Position numbers and translations under genes: made by a program. The notes under the pieces were generated by a model. The model worked only from the letters and a program-made list of their open reading frames with translations, made no database searches and was not told where the DNA came from. A stretch of DNA of 64,000 nucleotides from a virus (taxonomy: Duplodnaviria; Caudoviricetes). Below are positions 20,509 to 28,993 of this stretch, one piece after another. Every line of letters begins with the position of its first letter. The stretch's first letter is position 1. The DNA is taken from IMG/VR virus record IMGVR_UViG_3300042268_000564. The stretch is one strand, 5' to 3'.

Positions 20509-21761
20509 GTAGGCACAACAAGATAGAGCTTCGGATAAAAAAAGGTAAGGCAAACACAAAGCTTAAAATGGGTGGCGTTAATGCTATCGAGCCTATGGAT
20601 GTTAACAATCGTTTTGTTCAGTCATCTATTGAGGGAAGCTGCGGACAATTTTGTAATGAGTGTGACCAATTTGCTCAGAAACTTTGCGAAGGTTGTTATG
20701 TGGGTTGTCATTCAGAGATTAGGCATTGCATGACAACTGAATGTGATGTTGAGACATCGTCAATAGTTAAAGATAAAACAGGGAATGATACAGAATTAAA
20801 AGGCCCATGTTTAATTCGTTGCTGTAAACGCAATAATTTGAATGAATGGATTGATGACGTGTCTGACAATACAGGCACGTTATCGATACAGGGGATAAGG
20901 TGGGAGCCTTTTCCTGTAGTAGGCTTGCCAGCTTTTATCCCATCTATGAAAGGCCCTGTTGGTGTAGGTGGCATTTATTATCCGATAGTATCTATTTCAT
21001 TGTCAGATATCTACAGGGTAAAAACGGATATGATAGCCACACCCGGCAAAACGATTCAAGAGATGTTTGGTCTGCATCCTGACACTAAGGTAATTTTGAA
21101 CGCTTATTGTGCCGACCCGATTATAGAAAGGTTTTGGACTACTTATCGGGAAAAAGGTCATCTGCAAACTATCCGTGCTAAAGGCATTGAATATGCTATG
21201 GGTTTTAACTATTCGGTATATTATGGGCATCCTCGAATGGAACATCTTATTAATATAAGACGTAACATGGGAATGGTAGCAGAAATGCAGCGAGCAGGGC
21301 TGAAGGTAATACCAGACTTGTGCTGGTTTAATGACGTTGACCTAGACCAATACATTCAATGGATAAATTATAATAAAGTAAGTGTTCTTGGCGTGAGTCT
21401 TCAGTTGTCCAGAGATGAGGCTGTCATGGCTCGGAATCTTATTGATTTAAAGAGGCTGCAAGATAGTTGTCCTGATGTAAAGAAATGGATTATTAACGGT
21501 CCATCCAAGCCATATCGCATCAAAATGCTTATGGATGATTATAGGGATTTAATTTTTATGAACAAATATGCACATCAACTGGCATCTTACAGATTGGTTT
21601 GGGATTTTGAAAGTGCAACATTTGTAAAGCAGATTAATGAGAACGGTGAGGTTATATCACGAAAAGATGCTTTGAAAAAGAATTGTGACTTTTTTACAGA
21701 GTTTGTTCAAGGTAAAAATCACCATTTGTTCCATTCGGAATATTTTGGGAAACAGGAGTAA
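20505..21761 (+). CDS. Cys-rich plus DUF4417-like protein (paralog 3)
   Basis: Close paralog of 19261-20508; ATGA overlap. Confidence 0.6.
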   Translation: MSRHNKIELRIKKGKANTKLKMGGVNAIEPMDVNNRFVQSSIEGSCGQFCNECDQFAQKLCEGCYVGCHSEIRHCMTTECDVETSSIVKDKTGNDTELKGPCLIRCCKRNNLNEWIDDVSDNTGTLSIQGIRWEPFPVVGLPAFIPSMKGPVGVGGIYYPIVSISLSDIYRVKTDMIATPGKTIQEMFGLHPDTKVILNAYCADPIIERFWTTYREKGHLQTIRAKGIEYAMGFNYSVYYGHPRMEHLINIRRNMGMVAEMQRAGLKVIPDLCWFNDVDLDQYIQWINYNKVSVLGVSLQLSRDEAVMARNLIDLKRLQDSCPDVKKWIINGPSKPYRIKMLMDDYRDLIFMNKYAHQLASYRLVWDFESATFVKQINENGEVISRKDALKKNCDFFTEFVQGKNHHLFHSEYFGKQE

Positions 21762-21765
21762 AAAA

Positions 21766-22791
21766 ATGATAAGTGAAAAAAGACGTGTGGCAATAGAATA
21801 CGGTTTTATTGGTATTGGTGGTGCTGGCGGTAAATTGGTAGAAGCTTTCCGTTTTGTTGGTGGTTATAAGTCTCTTGCGATAAACATCTCATCGCAGGAC
21901 TTGGCAAAATTGAAGATGGATGACAATGATGACAAAATTCATATGGATTTAGGACTCGATGGTGCAGGAAAAGAGATGGAGGTCGGCGCAGCCGCAGTAA
22001 AAAGATATGCTGGTGAATTACATGATGCAATAAGTAGGAAGTTCAAGAATACAGATTATCTTATCTGTTGTGTTGGTGGTGGCGGCGGCACTGGCTCAGG
22101 TGGTGCCAAAGAGTTGATTAATATCTGCAAGCAGTATGCGCAGAATGTTGGTGTAATGCTTACATTGCCAAAGGACACTGAGGGCGAAAAAGTAAGACAT
22201 AATACTGCTGAACTTTTGAATGATTTGTATGTGATGGCAGAGGCAAAAGAAATCTCTCCTTTAATTTTGGTGGATAATCAGAAAATTTCAGATATTAATG
22301 CTGATTGGAATATTTTGAGTTTTTGGAAAAAAGCGAATGCTGAAGTAGCAATGTTGTTTCATCAGATTAATCTGTTGTGTGCTGAGGATAGTGAAGTTCA
22401 CCCATTTGACCCTGCTGATTATAGAACAATCATGAAGTCTGGCAGATGTTTAGTGTTCGGTAGTCTTGATATTCCATCAGAGAATCTTTCTGAGAGCAGC
22501 ATATCTATATATATGAGAGAGAATCTAACATCTGGGCTATTGGCCAGAGACTTTGAAGAGTCTTACATGACATCAAAAGTAGCAGGGGCAATTTTAGTAG
22601 GGAACGAAGAAATCCTTGGTGAAATTCCAATGGAATATCTTGAAAGAGCCTTTGGTGTTTTAAATAGAATGATAGGCGACGGAACCGTTCATAGAGGAAT
22701 TTATACAAATGATGCTATTGCTTTGCGGGTTTATACCTTGATTGGCAATTTGGTTATACCCGAAACAAGAATAAAGGCACTCGCTCGATAG
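21766..22791 (+). CDS. Tubulin/FtsZ-family GTPase (PhuZ/TubZ-like)
   Basis: N-terminal GIGGAGGK, 'GAGK' T3 region, signature GGGTGSG, 'LVDN', T7-like 'FDPADY'; AGGAG SD before ATG 21766. Confidence 0.92.
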   Translation: MISEKRRVAIEYGFIGIGGAGGKLVEAFRFVGGYKSLAINISSQDLAKLKMDDNDDKIHMDLGLDGAGKEMEVGAAAVKRYAGELHDAISRKFKNTDYLICCVGGGGGTGSGGAKELINICKQYAQNVGVMLTLPKDTEGEKVRHNTAELLNDLYVMAEAKEISPLILVDNQKISDINADWNILSFWKKANAEVAMLFHQINLLCAEDSEVHPFDPADYRTIMKSGRCLVFGSLDIPSENLSESSISIYMRENLTSGLLARDFEESYMTSKVAGAILVGNEEILGEIPMEYLERAFGVLNRMIGDGTVHRGIYTNDAIALRVYTLIGNLVIPETRIKALAR

Positions 22792-22860
22792 TTGTTTTTT
22801 TGAAATGGGCTTATAAAGTATTTCTTAGAAAACCGAAGCTGAAATTATGGGGGAAAACAC

Positions 22861-24462
22861 ATGAGGGACAGTAAGAGGGAGCAGCACGCACCCTATTTAT
22901 TGCTGGACTGGCAAGATATACAGCAGATGTTGGCGGGTCATCATCCGTTGATATTGTTCCGTATGGCGATGGCAGAAGAAGCTACTTTTAATCCACCGTC
23001 AAGAGTTGAGTCGGGAGATTATCTGACAAATGCAGAGTTCCTTTCTACTCGATTGAAAGAGAATGATTTACATCTGGCAGATATAGAAAGCATGGGAATA
23101 GACTTATTCCGTGCCACTGATGGCTTAACAGATGTTTCGGATTCTGCTTTAAAAAGAATATTAACATTGGCGGAGCAAAAGTCTAAAAAAGGTGTTTTAC
23201 GCAAAAAAGGTCTTGTTGATTCATCTGAGTTAAAACCTATTCAGCGTAAGGTTCCTATTCAAAAAGGTGCAAATTATGGCGACCCTGAGAATAAAGCATT
23301 TCCATTAGATACAGCAGAGCGTGTAAAAGCAGCTCACGCTCACCTTCACAAAGCTTGGCAGAATAAAGGTGAGACTGGAATTACTGCGTCTTATGGACGA
23401 GATAAGTTTTTGAAGGTTCACAAGCGAATAATTACAAGAATGCGTAGGCTTGGTTTGCAGCATACGCCAGTAGATACCTTAGATTCTGCAACACGCAGGA
23501 TGTTAAAGGCAGAGAAGGCGGCTAAAGTTGCATTAAAAGATAGTGTTGCGCCAGAGATTGCGAGTCAAGATGATGTGAATAGACTGCAAAACATTCTGGA
23601 AGTGTTATTCACAGACCATATTTCTTTTTTGAAAAATTATATTATTGCTAAAGATGAAGGCAATGATTCTGTTGCTGAGTCGATGAAGACACTGCTTGAT
23701 AATAATAATGAAGCAATTTTGGGATTTGTTAATGAGCATCTTTTAACAGAAGAGTCTGATGTTTATTTGTTAAAGCAGTTCAGCAATATTTGGGATGATT
23801 ATGTCAATGCAGCTCTTTCGATGGCATTAAGCGGTGATACTGGCAGTGAAAACATGAAGAAAGATTCAGAGCGGAATCTTTTTCTTGCTAAAGATGGGAT
23901 TGTTGCCTTTGTGGTTTCTTTGACCTCTGATGTGGCAGAACAAGCAAAGCTTAATGCTGCATTTACAGATTGGGCTACATATTTGCAGCAGTATATTGAG
24001 ATGCGTGATAGTGATGATTTTGCAGCATCTTTTCAAAGCTTGAAAGATTGGCAAAAGTCAAAATCAGTGGTTGCAGGTTTGATTGCCAAGTGGATAGTTA
24101 ATAGAGATGCCTTTGCAGAAGCATCGGTTGATGGTAATGAAATTGCCGAAACTGACGAGCCAGAAGTTGGTGATATCCCAAGAGGTGCCCCAGCAGGTGG
24201 AACTCAGCCGGGAGCAACGCAGCCAGAGGTAACAAACCCGCCAGCACCAATGGCGAATATGAATCCAAATCAATTACAGGATGCAGCAGCAAGTCCTGCC
24301 GCACCTGTGCCAGCAGCCAATACGTCACCCACAACTGCATCTGTTTATCCACCTCAAGGTGTTGAACAGAATAGAGAGCAAGGTAGTGGACATAAGCCTT
24401 ATAGAGATGATTGCACGCCAGACCGCAGAAGCGGGAAATGCTATAAAAAACATGGAAAATAA
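22861..24462 (+). CDS. Multi-domain protein with a DUF6582-like/His-rich module, helical bundle and Pro-rich tail; possible head-internal protein
   Basis: 'YGDPENKAFPLDTAERVKAAHAHL' resembles DUF6582; motif shared with the next gene and the prohead protease. Confidence 0.5.
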   Translation: MRDSKREQHAPYLLLDWQDIQQMLAGHHPLILFRMAMAEEATFNPPSRVESGDYLTNAEFLSTRLKENDLHLADIESMGIDLFRATDGLTDVSDSALKRILTLAEQKSKKGVLRKKGLVDSSELKPIQRKVPIQKGANYGDPENKAFPLDTAERVKAAHAHLHKAWQNKGETGITASYGRDKFLKVHKRIITRMRRLGLQHTPVDTLDSATRRMLKAEKAAKVALKDSVAPEIASQDDVNRLQNILEVLFTDHISFLKNYIIAKDEGNDSVAESMKTLLDNNNEAILGFVNEHLLTEESDVYLLKQFSNIWDDYVNAALSMALSGDTGSENMKKDSERNLFLAKDGIVAFVVSLTSDVAEQAKLNAAFTDWATYLQQYIEMRDSDDFAASFQSLKDWQKSKSVVAGLIAKWIVNRDAFAEASVDGNEIAETDEPEVGDIPRGAPAGGTQPGATQPEVTNPPAPMANMNPNQLQDAAASPAAPVPAANTSPTTASVYPPQGVEQNREQGSGHKPYRDDCTPDRRSGKCYKKHGK

Positions 24463-25336
24463 CAAAAAGGGTGTCCCAGTAACACCCACAAGTGAAGATG
24501 GGATTGCGCCTTTAAACGGCGTCCCTACGCCTATGAACCCATACGCAAAAAAGGATGAAGGTGGCAAAGAAATGTCGGAAAAAGAAAAGCAAGAGAATGA
24601 AAATGTAATAGAAATGTCTTATAGCGAGACTATTGATTTTTTGCGAGGGGAGCACCCCCTTGCTGTGGCGATTGATGAAATGCGCAGAGAAGGATTGATT
24701 TGTGTATCACGAGAAGAATTTGAAAGCCGACTTTCATTGGTTATAAAGCGACAGGAGGGCAAGGTTGATGTGAGCGATGTCCCTAATGCTGATGCTAGAG
24801 CAAAGGCAAGAGAAAATGAATCGCCGGAGTCTGAAAAAGAATATGCAGATAGAGAAAATCTAGCGTTTCCTGTTGATTCCGAAAAGCGAGCAAGCACTGC
24901 ACATGCTTACATTCACAAGTATTGGAATATGCCCTCAAAGAAGGGGATTACGGCAACTTATGGACGTGATGATTTTATCCGTGTTCATAATAGTATTGTT
25001 GCCGCTATGAAAAAATTTGGTGTTACTCATAATTATTTGGATTCTTTGGATGAAGCGTCTGGATACAAAAAGGGTGAGAATGGTGAAGCTGTGTCGCTGC
25101 AAAGCTGTAATAAATCTGGTCAAAAGTTATCAGGTTCGTCAGAAAAGAGTAGCACTAAGCTTTCATTTGATTTCGCAGAAAAGCAACGAGTAGTGTCTTG
25201 GTCAAGGAACAGGATGCGTGAAGCAGGTAGTATAGAGAAAATAGAAGGGCTAGTTGCGACTGTAAGGTGGGAGTGTGGCTTGGTAACAACTGAGTTACTT
25301 GCCAGCTTAATGCCAAGCATGTCCGCAAAAAAATAA
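24452..25336 (+). CDS. Paralog carrying the DUF6582-like/His-rich module (start 24452 or 24572)
   Basis: 'YADRENLAFPVDSEKRASTAHAYIHKYW...GITATYGRD' closely matches the upstream gene's 'GITASYGRD'. Confidence 0.5.
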   Translation: MENNKKGVPVTPTSEDGIAPLNGVPTPMNPYAKKDEGGKEMSEKEKQENENVIEMSYSETIDFLRGEHPLAVAIDEMRREGLICVSREEFESRLSLVIKRQEGKVDVSDVPNADARAKARENESPESEKEYADRENLAFPVDSEKRASTAHAYIHKYWNMPSKKGITATYGRDDFIRVHNSIVAAMKKFGVTHNYLDSLDEASGYKKGENGEAVSLQSCNKSGQKLSGSSEKSSTKLSFDFAEKQRVVSWSRNRMREAGSIEKIEGLVATVRWECGLVTTELLASLMPSMSAKK

Positions 25337-25338
25337 AT

Positions 25339-25399
25339 ATCAACCTTATTCTGAAGTTGGCGTAAAAGTTCTGCCACGAGGTTGATTTTTTCTTTTACG
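25339..25399 (+). terminator. Terminator-like hairpin with an alternative pairing, upstream of nrdJ
   Basis: ATCAACCT/AGGTTGAT stem followed by a T-tract. Confidence 0.45.
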
Positions 25400-25447
25400 G
25401 ACGGCGTTGTTTTAACAAGATGATTAATAAGTGAACGAGGTACGTCA

Positions 25448-28400
25448 ATGTCAATGCGATTGGTTAAGAAAAGAGATGGCAAAATGTCTGAATTTAATAA
25501 GGAAAAAATTGTTAATGCAATATATAGGGCAGCAATGGATTCATATGGCTGCAATAAGGAAATAGACCATGTAGAAAAGACTCAATATGATGTTGATTGG
25601 CAGGAGCGTTGTAGTGTCGTTGCGGATGCTGTGGTCGAAACTCTTAAGCAAAAACAGGAAATTGAATGTACTGTTGAGAATATACAAGACCTTATAGAGA
25701 TAGAATTGATGAAGGTTGATGGACGGGTGGCCAAGTCTTATATTCTTTACAGGAATGAGCGTAGTGAGGCAAGAAAAGTTGACGAGAAGAAAGCCCATCA
25801 GGTTCAATTTTTAACCCCTGAGCTTTTGAGTAAATATAAACATTTGCCTGACCCATTTCCTACAGAACTTGGCAAGATTGTTTATTATAGGACTTATTCA
25901 AGACCTGTAGAGACGCAGAATCGCAGGGAACGTTGGTGGGAAACATGTGCAAGAGTGGTTGAATACAGTTCTTATTTGGAGCGTGAAGCGATTGCAAGAA
26001 AACGAGCGATTACCGACCATGATATTAAGAGATTGCAAGACGAAGCTGTTGAGCTTTTTGATGCAATATTCAATTTGAAGGTATTTCCGTCAGGAAGAAC
26101 ATTGTGGACGGGCAACACGTTAAGCTCGAAAATGTATCCTCTCTCTAATTTTAACTGTTCTCTTGTGACAATAGATTGTTACAAAAAATTCAGCGAAATT
26201 TTCAGTGTTTTAATGTTGGGGACAGGTGTTGGTCTATCCGTAGAAAAGAAATATATTTCGAAGCTTCCTAAAATTAACACGCAGATTGAGCTGATACAGA
26301 AGGATGTAAAAAGAGTCCCTAAACACGAGAGAAAAGAATTTAGTGAATTGCGGCAAAAGTCCGACAATATGTTAGAGATAGTAGTTGGAGATTCAAAGTT
26401 CGGTTGGGCGATGGCATTAGAAATGTTTTTTCAAATTGTAACCCAGTCGCAATATTCAGACATTAAATTCATTGTCATGAATTACGACAATGTAAGACCT
26501 GCTGGCGAAAGACTTAAAACCTTTGGCGGATATGCTTCTGGTGAGCAGGCAATAGCGCAGATGTTTTATAAGATTGGGCAATTACTTGCAGGCAGAAAAT
26601 CAGAAGGACACTGGTATAAAATCAAGCCTATTGACGCTTTGGATATTGCTACTATAATCGCTGAAAATGTTGTTTCTGGTGGCGTTAGGCGTTCGTCTGA
26701 GATTGTTTTTTGCGACCCTGATGATAAAGAAGTTATTGAAGCAAAAAGTAAACTTTATTTCAAAGATGAGAATGATACGTGGCAGGTTAATGGTGATTTA
26801 ATCCATCGTACATTATCGAATAACACGATTCTTTATAAAGAACGTCCGACAAAAGAACAATTGTCTGCACAGTTTCAGTCAATGAGATACAGCGGTGAAC
26901 CCGGTTTTGGGAATATGGCAGAAATGCTTAGACGTAGACCTGATGTTCAGGGTGGCAATCCGTGTCAGCCTAAAGGTGAATATATTTTGACAAAAGATGG
27001 TTTCCGCAAGATAGAAGAAATTGTGGACACTGTTACTCTTAATGGAAAGAATTATTTGTCTACGCCCATGTTCTCTACTGGACGCAAAGAAGTTTTTGAG
27101 GTTACGTTGGCAAACAATGCAAAAATTCGGATGACAGGCAATCACAAGGTGACTGTGGGTTATGATATATCAACGAACACCTTTAAAGATGTTGAGTTAA
27201 AGGATTTAAAGCCGGGTGACAGTGTATGTGTTGACTATTCACCGATATTTGATGCTCACATAGGAAACAAAGCAGAATATGAAAAAGGGATTGTGGCAGG
27301 CTGGTTGCTGGCTGACGGGTGCTTTTCGAAGCATCATCATGACGATGATTATTCTGTGGAATTTTGCGTCGGTGAAAAAGAGTTTGAATACGCTTCGCAA
27401 TTGGAGGGTTTGGTTGTTAAACATTATGATGATAATTTCCAGCTTAAACCACATGGACAAACGAAAGCGGCTTTGCGAGGTCGAGTTTTTAAACAGTCTG
27501 TTGTGACCCAAATGAAGGCAGATTTAGGCATCCAAGGTTGGAATAAGTTTGATAATGAACTTTATAAAAAAGGGAAAGATTTTAAGTTGGGAGTTTTGCG
27601 AGCAATATTTACTTGTGATGGAAGTAGTTCGTCTAATCGAATAGCGTCACTTTACTCTATTGATGAGAAATTTCTAGCTGGTATTCAACGAATATTGATG
27701 GAATTTGGGATATATTCTGACATTTTGATTAACGGGAAGGCGAAAATTTATATTGCAAAAGACGATAAGGTAAGAAATAACAAAACGTGTTGGGCTTTAA
27801 ATGTTCACGATGTTGAATTTGAAAAAATTGGCTTTCTTACAGAATATAAAAATAAAAGAATGCTTGTCAACATTAATAGGAAGCGAAGTTCCAGATTAGT
27901 TAATAGAGCTAAAAGTATGAATAAAGTTTTGGAGCATAAGCGAGAATTGGTAATTACCAGCATCGAGTCGGTTGGAATGCATGACGTTTATGACATTACT
28001 GTTGATGAGGTACATCATTATAACACGAATGGGTTAGTTGTCCATAACTGTTTCGAAATACTTCTCAGGGATAGAGGGGTTTGCAATTTAACCGAAGTTA
28101 ATATGATGGCGTTTGTCCGACCTGATGGCTCTATTGATAAAGACGGCTTGTTCAAGGCTCAAAAATTATCTGCAAAAATTGGTTATAGAATGGCGACAAC
28201 AGAGCTGGAAATGCATGAATGGAACCTTGTAAATCAGGAGGACATGCTTACGGGCTGTTCTATTACAGGTGTAATGGACTTTGTTAATGCAAGTGGAATT
28301 TCTCACGAGGAATTGGCTGCATTATTGGAAGAGATGAGACAAGTGGCGAAAGCAGAAGTTAATCGGCTTGCGAAGTTTTTGGGTACTAATGAATCAAAGT

Positions 28401-28984
28401 TGGTAACAACAATTAAGCCAAGCGGAACAATTTCTCAACTGCCTACAGTGAGTAGCGGTGTTCATTTTTCTCATGCGCCATATTATATCCGCAGAGTTAG
28501 AGTGAATTCAAATGACCCAATGGCAAAAGCACTCAAGAAGGCTGGTTTTGTGTGGCATCCTGAGAATAATCAAACGCTTGAGTCTCATACAACTGCTGTA
28601 TTCGAAATTCCAGTAAAAGCTCCTAAAGGTAAAACAAAATATGATGTGAGTGCTGTTGAGCAATTGGAACTTTATAAATTGGTTATGAAACATTATGTAG
28701 ACCATAATGCAAGTAATACAGTTCATGTAAGAAATGATGAGTGGGAACAAGTGGAAGAGTGGGTTTACAACAATTGGGATGATGTTGTTGGGCTTACTTT
28801 TCTCTCTCTTGATGACAGTTTCTATCAGTTAATGCCTTATGAGGAGATAACCGAAGAGAAATACAATGAACTATCCGCCGCTTTGCCTACATTTAATCCG
28901 ACTATGCTGAAAGAATTTGAAAGCTTTGTAGAGGAATTTGACCTCGGTTCGGATTGCGAGGGAGGAGCTTGTCCTATTCGATAA
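25448..28984 (+). CDS. nrdJ: Class II (B12-dependent) ribonucleoside-triphosphate reductase with N-terminal ATP-cone and an intein
   Basis: ATP-cone (VKKRDG...FNKEKI), 'YYRTYSR', 'PSGRTLW', 'FNC', 'GGVRRSSEI', NP|CFE, 'TTIKPSGT', C-terminal CEGGACPIR. Confidence 0.93.
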   Translation: MSMRLVKKRDGKMSEFNKEKIVNAIYRAAMDSYGCNKEIDHVEKTQYDVDWQERCSVVADAVVETLKQKQEIECTVENIQDLIEIELMKVDGRVAKSYILYRNERSEARKVDEKKAHQVQFLTPELLSKYKHLPDPFPTELGKIVYYRTYSRPVETQNRRERWWETCARVVEYSSYLEREAIARKRAITDHDIKRLQDEAVELFDAIFNLKVFPSGRTLWTGNTLSSKMYPLSNFNCSLVTIDCYKKFSEIFSVLMLGTGVGLSVEKKYISKLPKINTQIELIQKDVKRVPKHERKEFSELRQKSDNMLEIVVGDSKFGWAMALEMFFQIVTQSQYSDIKFIVMNYDNVRPAGERLKTFGGYASGEQAIAQMFYKIGQLLAGRKSEGHWYKIKPIDALDIATIIAENVVSGGVRRSSEIVFCDPDDKEVIEAKSKLYFKDENDTWQVNGDLIHRTLSNNTILYKERPTKEQLSAQFQSMRYSGEPGFGNMAEMLRRRPDVQGGNPCQPKGEYILTKDGFRKIEEIVDTVTLNGKNYLSTPMFSTGRKEVFEVTLANNAKIRMTGNHKVTVGYDISTNTFKDVELKDLKPGDSVCVDYSPIFDAHIGNKAEYEKGIVAGWLLADGCFSKHHHDDDYSVEFCVGEKEFEYASQLEGLVVKHYDDNFQLKPHGQTKAALRGRVFKQSVVTQMKADLGIQGWNKFDNELYKKGKDFKLGVLRAIFTCDGSSSSNRIASLYSIDEKFLAGIQRILMEFGIYSDILINGKAKIYIAKDDKVRNNKTCWALNVHDVEFEKIGFLTEYKNKRMLVNINRKRSSRLVNRAKSMNKVLEHKRELVITSIESVGMHDVYDITVDEVHHYNTNGLVVHNCFEILLRDRGVCNLTEVNMMAFVRPDGSIDKDGLFKAQKLSAKIGYRMATTELEMHEWNLVNQEDMLTGCSITGVMDFVNASGISHEELAALLEEMRQVAKAEVNRLAKFLGTNESKLVTTIKPSGTISQLPTVSSGVHFSHAPYYIRRVRVNSNDPMAKALKKAGFVWHPENNQTLESHTTAVFEIPVKAPKGKTKYDVSAVEQLELYKLVMKHYVDHNASNTVHVRNDEWEQVEEWVYNNWDDVVGLTFLSLDDSFYQLMPYEEITEEKYNELSAALPTFNPTMLKEFESFVEEFDLGSDCEGGACPIR
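26963..28048 (+). mobile_element. Intein (362 aa) with LAGLIDADG homing endonuclease in NrdJ
   Basis: Begins CQPKGEYI, block B 'TGNHKV', LAGLIDADG-like GWLLADG and AIFTCDG, ends 'VYDITV...VVHN' followed by C. Confidence 0.93.
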
Positions 28985-28993
28985 CGGAGTGTT

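Noticed and set aside
21766-22791. Nucleus-forming (chimallin) phage assignment
   Set aside because: No chimallin-like gene is recognisable in the window, and apparent restriction-site avoidance argues against shielded DNA; tubulin alone is insufficient
24281-24462. Possible frameshift fusion of the two His-module genes at AAAAAAC (~24445)
   Set aside because: Joining needs a +1 shift, while the heptamer is a -1 type phased in the downstream frame; separate starts at 24452 or 24572 explain it. An assembly indel cannot be excluded
25337-25447. Cobalamin riboswitch or NrdR box upstream of nrdJ
   Set aside because: Only a partial GCCAC match; the region is too short and lacks the other conserved elements; no NrdR palindrome
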